A DNA stretch of 64,000 nucleotides from an uncultured Candidatus Saccharibacteria bacterium (GCA_964419675.1 CAYQPN010000003.1:11985-75984), one strand, 5' to 3'. Positions 8,294 to 18,166 are shown, counted from the stretch's first letter. Translations and numbers: made by a program. Notes: generated by a model from the letters alone, not told the origin.

Positions 8294-8899
8294 ATGAGGG
8301 TTTTACCAAAAGCGCTAGAAGAATTAATTGAGGCCCTGGGGCAATTGCCAGGTGTTGGACCTCGTAGTGCCGAACGATTTGCCTATTATTTACTGAAGGC
8401 TGATTCTTTTAAAAGTAGCAAGTTATCTAGGGCGATGGACAATCTCCATAACAGCGTTAAATTGTGCCCTGAGACTTATGCGCTAATTGACGAACAGGAA
8501 GAAGTTTCTGAGCTCTACAGTAATCCTGAAAGAAATAAACAAATGGTAGCTTTAGTAGCAGAACCTTTCGACATAGTAGCGCTAGAGAAAACCGCTTTAT
8601 TCAAGGGGACCTACCACGTTCTAGGTGGATTAATTTCTCCGCTAGATGGGATAGGACCAGACCAGCTACATATTCCAGAACTTATTAGTAGAATTAAAAA
8701 AGACAAAGTTACAGAAATAATTATGGCGACTAACGCCAGCGTAGAAGGGGAAACGACTGCACTCTACATTCAGCAACAACTAGAAGACCTAGGGGTCAAA
8801 ATAACTCGTCTGGCTCGTGGCCTACCCGTAGGTGTTGACCTTGAATACGCTGATCAAATAACACTAGGTCGAGCACTAGAAGGCCGTCAAAGTTTATAA
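8294..8899 (+). CDS. recR: Recombination protein RecR (zinc-finger cysteines degenerate)
   Basis: 201 aa. HhH (LPGVGPRSAERFA), Toprim (YHVLGGLISPLDGIGP, ATNASVEGETTA) and C-terminal LEYAD motifs. Only 1 of the 4 canonical zinc-finger cysteines is present. Confidence 0.9.
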   Translation: MRVLPKALEELIEALGQLPGVGPRSAERFAYYLLKADSFKSSKLSRAMDNLHNSVKLCPETYALIDEQEEVSELYSNPERNKQMVALVAEPFDIVALEKTALFKGTYHVLGGLISPLDGIGPDQLHIPELISRIKKDKVTEIIMATNASVEGETTALYIQQQLEDLGVKITRLARGLPVGVDLEYADQITLGRALEGRQSL

Positions 8900-8931
8900 C
8901 CAAGGTTTTAAACTGTTATACTTTATATTAA

Positions 8932-9930
8932 ATGAGTAAATACCAGGAAGTTAAATCTATAGTTGATGGGGCTAAACACATAGTTGTTTTGCAAGCAGAC
9001 AACCCTGATGGCGATTCCCTTGGGACGTCTCTTGCGCTGGAAGCTATTTTAACTGAATTAGGCAAAAACGTAACTCTGGTTTGTTCAGTAGACATACCAT
9101 CCTATATGCATTATTTAGAAGGGTGGAGCAGAGTTCAAAAAGAAGTCCCGACAAACTTTGACGCAACTATAATTGTTGATACCAGCACCGAAACCTTGTT
9201 CGAAAAATTAGCAAGCTCTGAGAGTTTTGGCTGGATTAAAACAAAACCAGTCATTGTATTAGATCATCACGCGGAGACAAGCGGCATATCGTTCGCTACA
9301 GTGACTGTAAACGAAACAGCTGTTGCCACAAGTGAAGTTGTTTATAGAATAGCAATTGAGTCTGGTTGGGAACTTCCATTCGACGCCTGTGAAATGCTAG
9401 CTGTAGCTATAATGTCTGACAGCTTAGGATTAGTTTCTGATGCTACTACCGCCGAGAGTATGCGTATAATGGCCGATTTGATTGAAAGAGGCGTGAGCTT
9501 AGCAAAACTTGACCAAGCCCGGCGCGAACTAATGCGCAAAGAACCAGAGCTCTTGCCATACAAAGGACAGCTACTTAGTAGAATAAAGTATGACGAAACA
9601 GGTAGAATCGCAATTGTTACCATACCCTGGAAAGAGATAGAACAATACAGTCCACTCTATAACCCATCAATGCTTGTCTTAGATGACATGCGTATGGTCA
9701 CTGGAGTTGACGTTGCTATAGCGTATAAATATTATGACAACGGGCGAATTACAGCAAAAATTAGATGTAACTTCGGTAAAGGCATAGCCGGCGAATTAGC
9801 CTCTGACTTTGGAGGTGGTGGCCATGCGTATGCATCTGGTTTTAGAATATCTGACGGAACTAAATTAGATGATTTAATCAAATCCGTAAACATCAAGGCG
9901 AATGAACTACTAGATAAAATAGGAGCGTAG
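8932..9930 (+). CDS. DHH/DHHA1 family phosphoesterase (NrnA-like)
   Basis: 332 aa. DNPDGDSLGT, VLDHH and GGGGHAYASG motifs. Confidence 0.85.
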   Translation: MSKYQEVKSIVDGAKHIVVLQADNPDGDSLGTSLALEAILTELGKNVTLVCSVDIPSYMHYLEGWSRVQKEVPTNFDATIIVDTSTETLFEKLASSESFGWIKTKPVIVLDHHAETSGISFATVTVNETAVATSEVVYRIAIESGWELPFDACEMLAVAIMSDSLGLVSDATTAESMRIMADLIERGVSLAKLDQARRELMRKEPELLPYKGQLLSRIKYDETGRIAIVTIPWKEIEQYSPLYNPSMLVLDDMRMVTGVDVAIAYKYYDNGRITAKIRCNFGKGIAGELASDFGGGGHAYASGFRISDGTKLDDLIKSVNIKANELLDKIGA

Positions 9931-11349
9931 GTGAAAATTTATAATTCTCTAACTAAAAAAGTTGAAGACTTTAAGCCAATTGAAGAAGGCAAAGTATCTC
10001 TATACAGCTGTGGACCTACTGTTTATAACAATTTGCACATTGGTAACCTGTCGGCATTCATATACGCCGATATTTTAAAACGGACTCTCCGTGGGGCAGG
10101 ATATAAAGTTAAACACGTTATGAACCTAACCGACGTTGATGACAAAACAATTCGTAATAGCAAACGTGATTATCCAAAGCTTGAACCAATCGAAGCACTC
10201 AATAAACTTACCGCCAAGTACTCAGAAGTGTTTTTAAACGACATTAAAAGCATTGGCGACGACGTAGATTCTATAGAATTCATAAAAGCTACAGACACTA
10301 TTGATGAAATGATAGCATTAACCCAAACTCTTTTAGATAACGGCGTGGGTTACATAGCAGACGATGGAGTGTACTTTTCTATCAAGGCCTACAAAGATAG
10401 CGGGTACAAATACGGTTTGCTCCAAAAAGTAGAAATATCCGAATCTCGGGCAAGAATATCTAATGATGAATATGATAAAGACAGTGCGAACGATTTTGTT
10501 CTATGGAAAGCGACTACAGACGGAGAACCTTCCTGGCCAGCTACGTTCAAAACGAAAGATAGGGAAATCTCAATGCCTGGACGACCCGGTTGGCACATTG
10601 AATGCTCAGCGATGAGCCAGAAGCTTTTGGGCGTGCCGTTCGACATACATACTGGGGGTATTGACCTTAAATTTCCGCATCATGAAAACGAAATTGCACA
10701 GAGTTGTGGGGCAGGCGCAAAAAAACTAGCCAACTATTTTGTACATAACAACCACATTTTAATTGACGGCAAAAAAATGAGCAAAAGCTTAGGAAACGTT
10801 TATACGCTTAGGGACTTAGACGAAAAAGGTTTTAGTCCAGAAGCCTTCAGGCTACTAGTGCTGGAAAGTCATTACACAAAAGAAAGTAATTTCTCTTGGG
10901 AGATCCTTGAAGCAGCTAATAATCGATTGAAAAATTATGAAGCTATGGCAGATCTAGTCTTTCAACCCACAAAAGGTAAGTTAGACGAAAAAACACTAAC
11001 ATTAATAACCGAAGATACGCCCAAAGAACTACTTTTAGCCTCACAGAATGATTTGGACACACCAAGGATGCTTAAAGCTCTTAGTATTTTAGAGACATCG
11101 CTTACGGACGGGGTAGGGGATGCCAGCGGACCATTATTAGAGCTTCTTAAACAAGTCGACGAATTACTAGGTACAAAATTATCTATGCGCGATGATATTA
11201 CAAATGAGCAAAAAACAATACTGCAAGCACGAGAAGCTTCCAGAGAAAAGAAGGACTGGGCCGAATCGGACAGGCTAAGAGATCAAATGCTAGAACAAGG
11301 CATAAATATCAGAGATTCAAAAAACGGTCAAATCTGGAATAGAATATAA
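9931..11349 (+). CDS. cysS: Cysteine--tRNA ligase
   Basis: 472 aa with a GTG start abutting the upstream stop. HIGN and KMSKS class I motifs, WHIECS zinc site. Confidence 0.95.
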   Translation: MKIYNSLTKKVEDFKPIEEGKVSLYSCGPTVYNNLHIGNLSAFIYADILKRTLRGAGYKVKHVMNLTDVDDKTIRNSKRDYPKLEPIEALNKLTAKYSEVFLNDIKSIGDDVDSIEFIKATDTIDEMIALTQTLLDNGVGYIADDGVYFSIKAYKDSGYKYGLLQKVEISESRARISNDEYDKDSANDFVLWKATTDGEPSWPATFKTKDREISMPGRPGWHIECSAMSQKLLGVPFDIHTGGIDLKFPHHENEIAQSCGAGAKKLANYFVHNNHILIDGKKMSKSLGNVYTLRDLDEKGFSPEAFRLLVLESHYTKESNFSWEILEAANNRLKNYEAMADLVFQPTKGKLDEKTLTLITEDTPKELLLASQNDLDTPRMLKALSILETSLTDGVGDASGPLLELLKQVDELLGTKLSMRDDITNEQKTILQAREASREKKDWAESDRLRDQMLEQGINIRDSKNGQIWNRI

Positions 11350-11352
11350 TTG

Positions 11353-12438
11353 TTATTTAACTTTTTCAGGAAGTTCTTGACGCTCTAGATAATCGTCAAT
11401 TAATACTTTGATACTTCCTGCAATCGGTATTGATAAAAATCCACCCAGTATTCCACCCAGCCCAATACCTAAAATAGCAGAGATAAAAACTAGCATTGGT
11501 GTTAGCTCTATTCCTCTGGATTGTATATACGGCTGCACGGTCGCATTTTCTATTTGCTGATAAACGACAAAGTACACTAGCATAGTAAGCGCCAGTGGTC
11601 CGCTGACGAAAAGGCAGAAAAGAAAGACAACCGAAATACTCAAGAAACTACCAACCGTTGGGATTAACCCGAACATAAATACTATTCCCGCCAATGCTAC
11701 AGCATTGATAGAAACGTTAAATATATTAGAAGCTATCAACATTGCAACTAGTGCAAAAGATGAACCGATTGCAGCAACAATTACTTGACCGTTCACGTAG
11801 GAAGTGACGACATTGTACATTTTTGTTGCAAGAATCTTAGCTCGGGGTCTCTTTTCTTCTGGCATATGTTTCCATATTTTAATCAACCATCCAGGCCCCT
11901 CCACAAGCATCATAAATGTCAAAACAAACACGACAATTATAGACACTATGTTAGAAACTATACGATTAGCGGTAGAAAGTACTGGACCACTGAACGAACC
12001 GATATTCTTAGACCAATCCTTTGCTAAATCTCCCACTTGTGTCTGCAAATCATATCTTCTTATAAAATTACCAACAGCGTTATCTTTTTGGTCCAAACTA
12101 TTTAGCGTATTGGGGACTTCTTTTATAAAATCTGTAGTTTGCGATATCAAAGGTGGTAATACTAGTGAAAAAAACGCCACTAGAAGAGTTGTAACTGTTA
12201 GATAGGCTATTGTAGTTGCCCGAACTCTACTCTTACTCTTAAACCTTCTAGAGACCCAATTGACTGCTGGGTTTAGAGCCATACTCAAGAAAAAAGATAC
12301 AAATATGAGTGTCAGCGGATGACGCATATTTTCAAACAGTCTAACCAGTAGACCAGTACCAACAATAAATGAAATTATGCGTATAATCGTTCTGTTAGAT
12401 ATTGTCATTTCTGTCGCTGCTTTAGCTCGTCCAAACAT
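11353..12438 (-). CDS. AI-2E family transporter (PerM-like permease)
   Basis: 361 aa with about 8 TM segments. Overall pattern including FGLIPTVGSF is typical of the family. Confidence 0.75.
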   Translation of the reverse strand: MFGRAKAATEMTISNRTIIRIISFIVGTGLLVRLFENMRHPLTLIFVSFFLSMALNPAVNWVSRRFKSKSRVRATTIAYLTVTTLLVAFFSLVLPPLISQTTDFIKEVPNTLNSLDQKDNAVGNFIRRYDLQTQVGDLAKDWSKNIGSFSGPVLSTANRIVSNIVSIIVVFVLTFMMLVEGPGWLIKIWKHMPEEKRPRAKILATKMYNVVTSYVNGQVIVAAIGSSFALVAMLIASNIFNVSINAVALAGIVFMFGLIPTVGSFLSISVVFLFCLFVSGPLALTMLVYFVVYQQIENATVQPYIQSRGIELTPMLVFISAILGIGLGGILGGFLSIPIAGSIKVLIDDYLERQELPEKVK

Positions 12439-12489
12439 AAGTCCTATTATGGCTATTTTTCACTCAACTTGCAACATAAATTACAAAAA

Positions 12490-13587
12490 TTAGTTAGTAT
12501 AGGTAGCGAGAAGTTTATTTACCACTAACTCTATATCATACTGTTTAGACTGAAGGTGTTGATCGTCACCGATAGCTTTGCGCAGACTTTTGTCATTTAT
12601 GAATTTCTCTAAAACACTTTTAAACCTATCCGTGTTTTTTGGATCAAATAGCACGTCGGGCCAAGGCGCAAGAACACTTGCGTAGCCTGGGTTATTACCC
12701 CCTAAAACAACGCCACTATGCGCAGCCATAGCCTCCACCAACACAATGCCAAACGACTCTCCACTGATAGAGGGGAACATTGCTATGTCTGCATTTGCCA
12801 GCTCCTGAGCTTTTCTTTCTTCCGTAATAAAACCAGGAAAGTCTATTTTAAGATCTAATTTATTGGACATACTTTGGCATTGCCCAAGTAGCGGCCCCTT
12901 GCCACACATAGTAAGTTTTGAATTGCCTCTAACTTTTTTATCCAAACTTGCATATGCATTTACTAATGCAACTACACCTTTTCGTTCGTCAAATCTACCA
13001 ACAAAAACTATTCTAGTTTTGCTATCGTCTGGTCTATCTTTCTTGGCAGAAGCAAAAAAATTGTAATCTATCGGGTTTGGTAATACTTGACCGTCAACTT
13101 TAAAGTTATTTTTCATAAACTCTAAAGCGGGCTTAGAGACTGCAAAGCATGCATCCAGACGCTTCAACGATTTACGCAAAAGTGCCCCAAGAATTCTTGT
13201 TCCGTAAGTGGCAATCTTGTTATAAGGAAGAATGTGAAACGTTCCGACAATCACTACATTTTTGGGCGCGCATCTGATTACTTTGCCACCCAGCATTGGA
13301 CTGAAGGGCATTTGTACATGAAGCGCGTCAAATTTAACTTCGCTAAACAACTTTTTTATGAGTTTAGCTGAAGAGGGCAGTGGCGTACGTACTGAATTTC
13401 CGTTAAATTTCATAGCAAGCGATTTTCCAACAACATGAATGTTAGGAATATCAGTTCTTAGCGTCGTTGGGACTATGTAGTGTATTTCATGCCCTAAACT
13501 ACGCAGTTTATTACCAATAGTAATTATGTTCTGCTGAACCCCATCAGCCACATCTAGAGTATCGTCCAAAACAAAACCAATTGTCAT
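12490..13587 (-). CDS. Glycosyltransferase family 4
   Basis: 365 aa. GT-B fold signature with the C-terminal EsFGivlvEAMA motif (GESFGIVLVEAMAAH). Confidence 0.85.
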   Translation of the reverse strand: MTIGFVLDDTLDVADGVQQNIITIGNKLRSLGHEIHYIVPTTLRTDIPNIHVVGKSLAMKFNGNSVRTPLPSSAKLIKKLFSEVKFDALHVQMPFSPMLGGKVIRCAPKNVVIVGTFHILPYNKIATYGTRILGALLRKSLKRLDACFAVSKPALEFMKNNFKVDGQVLPNPIDYNFFASAKKDRPDDSKTRIVFVGRFDERKGVVALVNAYASLDKKVRGNSKLTMCGKGPLLGQCQSMSNKLDLKIDFPGFITEERKAQELANADIAMFPSISGESFGIVLVEAMAAHSGVVLGGNNPGYASVLAPWPDVLFDPKNTDRFKSVLEKFINDKSLRKAIGDDQHLQSKQYDIELVVNKLLATYTN

Positions 13588-13688
13588 ATAACAAGTTTAC
13601 AGTAATTAGTTTACCGATCCCAGATGCAATTAGGTTATCTCGCCCAAAACAACCATATTATTGTCATTTCTAAGTATTAACTGTTTAA

Positions 13689-14804
13689 TTATTTTAAGTA
13701 TTTTCTGTACAAAGCTTCATACTGGTCTACTACTTTTTCGTAATCAAACTGCTTGACGTATTCTGCTGCCCAATCTTGCCAAATAGCCCGCAGGGCATCA
13801 TCTTCAAGAAGTAACTGAAGTCGGTCTGCATATGCTACCGAGTCTTTGGCATTAACAAGTGATAGCCGGCCGGTTTCTTTCATCACCCAAGAATATCCGT
13901 CGTTAGGATGGGCAACGATTGGTATTCCTAGTGACATTGCTTCAGCCAACACGATTCCAAAACTCTCCCCGTATAATGCAGGTGAGGTATAAACTCCACA
14001 AGTCGATAAATACTTCACTTTATCTTTAACCGAGATAAATCCAAGAAATACTACGTCATTTATGTCATTTCTAGCTACATACTGCATCAAAGAGCGCTTA
14101 AGGGGTCCATCCCCAGCAATAAGTAGTTGTGCTTCGGGCTTGCGTGACTTTAGTTCAGCAAATGCTTTGATTGCGTAAAGTGCGCCTTTCCTTTTTTCTA
14201 ATCTCCCCATGAAGAATATTTGGTTTCGGTTACGCTTGGCTGATTTTTTGTTTTTAAAAGTGGCTTCATGTATGCCATTAGGAACGTAGTTGATTGGAAG
14301 CTTATTAAAATCGTCTATAAATCCTATAGCAGCAGGAGAAACTGCCGTCACCACATCAACATGAGGAAGAACCGCTCTAGCATAAGTCTTATAAGAACCT
14401 ACCATAGACTTACCCAGTGCATTACCGGGTAGTGCAGCGTGAAAAGTGCCTACTCGAAGCGAAACTCCCTTAGAATTAGTCAAAAGCTGTCTAGCAAGCA
14501 CAGGAATCAAGGGTTCGTGCACATGGATAATATCGTAATTCTTATCAATTTCCTTTTGAAGAGATTCATTGTCAATAATTATTGAGACATCATTACTTGT
14601 AGCGCTAGGTGTCTTTACACGCGCAGAAGTTCCTAGAAAAACTACTCCCTTTGGGGCATCTTTAAAATCCTTGTCTCTAGGTCTTGGCGTGAGTATCGCA
14701 ACTTCATGCCCACGATTACGTAAAATCTCTGCTTGGTACTTAACGTGTTCTTGTACTCCTCCGTTAATAAATATATTGTAGGGGCAAAAAATCGCTATCT
14801 TCAC
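13689..14804 (-). CDS. Glycosyltransferase family 4
   Basis: 371 aa. GESFGIVLAEAMSLGIPIV motif. Paralogous architecture to 12490-13587. Confidence 0.85.
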   Translation of the reverse strand: MKIAIFCPYNIFINGGVQEHVKYQAEILRNRGHEVAILTPRPRDKDFKDAPKGVVFLGTSARVKTPSATSNDVSIIIDNESLQKEIDKNYDIIHVHEPLIPVLARQLLTNSKGVSLRVGTFHAALPGNALGKSMVGSYKTYARAVLPHVDVVTAVSPAAIGFIDDFNKLPINYVPNGIHEATFKNKKSAKRNRNQIFFMGRLEKRKGALYAIKAFAELKSRKPEAQLLIAGDGPLKRSLMQYVARNDINDVVFLGFISVKDKVKYLSTCGVYTSPALYGESFGIVLAEAMSLGIPIVAHPNDGYSWVMKETGRLSLVNAKDSVAYADRLQLLLEDDALRAIWQDWAAEYVKQFDYEKVVDQYEALYRKYLK

Positions 14805-15739
14805 TTTGATTCTCCATTTAATAGTTTTCTAAGACCAGCAGGTATTAGAGATGCAGCTTCTTCTTTGTCAGCCATTATGGAAGGAGCATGATTTGGCAGA
14901 ATAGCTTCTTCTCCCTCGTAATCATTAAATATTACTCGCATATGTTGTTCGACTACCTCAATGTTAAAGTATTGATCAATACCCGCCGCCACATGATGAA
15001 CCGATAAATTAACTTGAATATTGCAGTTGTTTAACGTGAACATTTCTAGGATTAAATACATGTAAGTACGCACATCGTTTGAACGCCAAAGTGTAACTTC
15101 GAATTCGGTAGCCGTTTTTGATTGTTCGCTACTAAGACCTTCAAATTTAGCCTTCGCATTATGTGTTTTACCGTAAGCTAACCTAATCAAAGTTGGGTGA
15201 AGTACTACATTATGGAAAAATGACGCTGTTAGGCTATGCTTAAAAATCGTAGCGAGGGTTCTATAAAACCAATAACGAGGTTTGGTAAACACAATATCGT
15301 ATCTATGAGAAAAGCCAACGAGACTTACTAACAAGTCAACTTGTTTCACCATCTCTGGATAGCGCTGCAACATTCTTGTTACGATTACAAAACCGAGTGA
15401 CATCCCAGCAATAGTAACTTTTTGTTTCTTATATTTTAATTTGATAAAAGATGCCAAGTAATCTGCATAGTTATCTATCGATGGTTTCATCCCGATACTA
15501 TAAAAACTTTCCATACCTCCAAATCCTGGCAAATCAGGCACCGTGACGTCTCCAAAATCAGAAAGAGCATCTGCAATTCCATATATTCGCTCCAAGCTTG
15601 AGTGGATTCCATAGACGAACAGTATTTTTCTATTCTTTCTTCCGCTATGAGAAATATTTAGCATACGACCTTTAAGACCGTTCATATTCAACGTCTTTAT
15701 ATTCTTCTGCATAGCAATCAGTTTTTTATCTATGTGCAT
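14801..15739 (-). CDS. Alpha/beta hydrolase
   Basis: 312 aa. GMSLGF nucleophile elbow, with FVYGIHSS and PGFGG motifs upstream. 4-nt overlap with the downstream GT4 gene. Confidence 0.7.
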   Translation of the reverse strand: MHIDKKLIAMQKNIKTLNMNGLKGRMLNISHSGRKNRKILFVYGIHSSLERIYGIADALSDFGDVTVPDLPGFGGMESFYSIGMKPSIDNYADYLASFIKLKYKKQKVTIAGMSLGFVIVTRMLQRYPEMVKQVDLLVSLVGFSHRYDIVFTKPRYWFYRTLATIFKHSLTASFFHNVVLHPTLIRLAYGKTHNAKAKFEGLSSEQSKTATEFEVTLWRSNDVRTYMYLILEMFTLNNCNIQVNLSVHHVAAGIDQYFNIEVVEQHMRVIFNDYEGEEAILPNHAPSIMADKEEAASLIPAGLRKLLNGESK

Positions 15740-15800
15740 AATTTATGTAATCTTTACCCAGAGCTTACCTTAAATTGTTCCAAAAAGGCAAGGGTCGATG

Positions 15801-15900
15801 GTTCGGATTACACAATATGCCAAAGTAGACTAAAAGCGAAGCGCAACCAGCCCATTGCTGGTGAAGCGGTCTACTGCGTGCATTTTGTGTGATTCGAATC
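15801..15900 (+). ncRNA. Candidate structured RNA: ~100-nt imperfect long hairpin
   Basis: Arms 15801-15830 and 15869-15900 pair over about 25 positions. All three arm mismatches are G-U wobbles only if the + strand is transcribed. There is an inner hairpin CCAGC-CCATT-GCTGG. Not matched to any RNA family. Confidence 0.3.
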
Positions 15901-15904
15901 AAGT

Positions 15905-16750
15905 TTATTTTGTGTACAAAACGTCAGTTCCGACCCAAACATATTCCCAGGCCTCGGGGTCAGGCCCTTGTGCATCAGCTCCTATTGGGTAACTCGGAAT
16001 AAATCCTAGCTCTTTAGCAACTTTATAGTTGTCAGCTTCAAGCCAAGTATTACAAGGCGAGTTTTTGAAATTTTCGAACGCGTAACCCGCACACTTTATA
16101 TCAAAAGTATACCCAGTATGATGTTTTGAATAGCCAGGTATTGAGGACGTTATTAATACTGAGTCAACAATATCGTCTTGATCGCCCCTAGCAATAGCCT
16201 CTGTTGATCCACCTGCTGCTGCTAGACGTGAAAGAAACAAACTTCTTTGATTATCGACAGATCTATATGTCGAAACAAGGCTTATCGTTAGGCCTGCTTT
16301 AGAGGCAGAATTTTTGAGATTTGTCCACGGTTGAATAACAGCTTCTTGAAGTTGAAAACCATCTACCGAAGGCAGGGTAACCGTCGGATTACTCCTAATT
16401 TTGTAGCCTCGCGCTTCCGCAATCTGTCGAATTCTAGTATCAGCAATTTCATTTCCAGTTATAGTCGGTGGCAAATCGATTTTGTCCAAGTTCGGCTGTT
16501 TGAGTTGATCATATAGCGTTCGAAACTCGTTTCCACTAAATGTTCTTAACCCTGGAGTAATAGTTTGCTCAGGCTCTATATTAGGCTTTGTGTTGACATC
16601 TGAAATGACAGGATCCGTGTCTATAATCGGACCTTCTGCTTTTCCGCTCCTAAATATAAAAATAGTAATTGCCAGGAGCGCTACAAATAAAACTAATCTT
16701 ATTTTAGATTTTCTTGTTTTTTCGTATTTTTTTGGTTCAATTATACGCAT
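15905..16750 (-). CDS. D-alanyl-D-alanine carboxypeptidase, VanY/M15B family, membrane-anchored
   Basis: 281 aa. N-terminal TM segment, then STYRSVDNQ and PGYSKHHTGYTFDI metal-site motifs. Confidence 0.8.
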   Translation of the reverse strand: MRIIEPKKYEKTRKSKIRLVLFVALLAITIFIFRSGKAEGPIIDTDPVISDVNTKPNIEPEQTITPGLRTFSGNEFRTLYDQLKQPNLDKIDLPPTITGNEIADTRIRQIAEARGYKIRSNPTVTLPSVDGFQLQEAVIQPWTNLKNSASKAGLTISLVSTYRSVDNQRSLFLSRLAAAGGSTEAIARGDQDDIVDSVLITSSIPGYSKHHTGYTFDIKCAGYAFENFKNSPCNTWLEADNYKVAKELGFIPSYPIGADAQGPDPEAWEYVWVGTDVLYTK

Positions 16751-16810
16751 AGCTACTGGCTTTATTATACCTTAATTAATCATTGTCTCTCTTAGCCTCT
16801 GTCAGTCACC

Positions 16811-17611
16811 TTATTCCTGTGAAGTATGTTCAGTTGTTTCTGGTTCGATGTATTTATGCAGCAGGTTTGTTGATAGACCAACAAAAAGTACCCCCATAAG
16901 TAACGAAAGCGTCAAGTAGTTAGCCTTAGTTTTATCTGTTACCTCATGGATGCTCGGCACAATATCGCTCAATGCGATATACAAGAAGAACCCGGCAACA
17001 AGTCCTAGAATAATGTCTAAAGGCAATGCTATTTGTTGTCCAAGCTTGAAAAACACAACTGCCGAAACTGTTGTTGCCACCGCGCTGATGATATTTACAA
17101 GAACGACGCTTTTTCTGCGCATGCCTTTTTTAATAAGTAGTCCAAAATCCCCAATTTCTTGAGGTATTTCGTGAGCCGCTACCGCAAGAGTTGTTGTTAT
17201 ACCAACAGGGATACTAACGATGAATGCCGCGGCGATTGCAATACCGTCGATTGCGTTATGAACTGTATCACCTGCAATAATTAATGGGATATTAGACTTG
17301 CTTAACTCTTTTTTATCAATTTCTTCATGCTCGTGATGATGATGAAACCAGCGTAGAAATCTTTCCAACAAAAAGAATATGAGAATCCCGCCCAATACCC
17401 CATATAATGCTTTTTCAATGTCGCCTTCTTTATTAGCTTCAACCAATAAGTCCAAGAAAGCCGCAGCAAGAAGGGCTCCAGCAGCAAAAGGTGTCGCATA
17501 AGATGCAAGACTATAGGCTTTCTTCTTATTTGAAATTAATAATAGACCACCAATGAGTGAAAAAATTCCGCCGATGAGTGAAAAAAATATTACATGTCCA
17601 AGATTTGCCAT
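16811..17611 (-). CDS. ZIP family metal transporter (ZupT-like)
   Basis: 266 aa. HNAIDGIAIAAAF and HEIPQEIGDF motifs, plus a His-rich loop HHHHEHEE. Confidence 0.88.
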   Translation of the reverse strand: MANLGHVIFFSLIGGIFSLIGGLLLISNKKKAYSLASYATPFAAGALLAAAFLDLLVEANKEGDIEKALYGVLGGILIFFLLERFLRWFHHHHEHEEIDKKELSKSNIPLIIAGDTVHNAIDGIAIAAAFIVSIPVGITTTLAVAAHEIPQEIGDFGLLIKKGMRRKSVVLVNIISAVATTVSAVVFFKLGQQIALPLDIILGLVAGFFLYIALSDIVPSIHEVTDKTKANYLTLSLLMGVLFVGLSTNLLHKYIEPETTEHTSQE

Positions 17612-17715
17612 TTAATTTACCTGTCTATTAGCAATAATTATCACCAATATGGGTTGATATAGCAAGTCCTATATCGTCAAAATCGAGTCAAAGCGTTTAT
17701 ACTTAAATAATGAAT

Positions 17716-17794
17716 CCCGTTAGAAACGTAAGGAATTAAAGATAGTTATAAAAATGATACTGGAAAAATTAACTGATTGGGGGTTTCTAACGGG
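17716..17794. repeat. 79-bp inverted-repeat element (MITE-like), copy A, inserted at a start codon
   Basis: Termini CCCGTTAGAAAC...GTTTCTAACGGG (12-bp perfect IR, 14 bp including flanking AT). Flanked by direct ATGAAT (17710-17715 and 17795-17800). Same length and termini as 54392-54470. Confidence 0.5.
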
Positions 17795-18166
17795 ATGAAT
17801 TCCGAAGATCCGTTTGAAAATTTAGTATCTGAAGCAATAGATAATATTCCAAAAATGTATCAGGATAAGATAAAAAACGTACTATTTTCTGTTGAAGACA
17901 TGCCTTCACTTGAGCAAAGAAAGAAGCTGGGTCTTCGTTCCTGTGATGCATTATTTGGTCTATATGAGGGCATCCCATTAACTAAGCGTAACGGGGCAGT
18001 TCACAGTATAGTACCCGATAAAATTACTGTGTTTCGCTACCCAATGATTAATATATTTACTGACACTAATGAACTAAAAAAGCAAGTCTACGAAACAATT
18101 TGGCACGAAGTGGCTCATTACTTTGGGCTTGACCACAAGCAAATACACTCAGCAAAAAACAATTAA
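17795..18166 (+). CDS. Zincin-like metallopeptidase family protein (HExxH)
   Basis: WHEVAHYFGLD HExxH motif. Small (~123 aa) protein of the Zincin_1 type. ATG 17795 is preferred over the TTG at 17777 in the ORF track. Confidence 0.75.
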   Translation: MNSEDPFENLVSEAIDNIPKMYQDKIKNVLFSVEDMPSLEQRKKLGLRSCDALFGLYEGIPLTKRNGAVHSIVPDKITVFRYPMINIFTDTNELKKQVYETIWHEVAHYFGLDHKQIHSAKNN

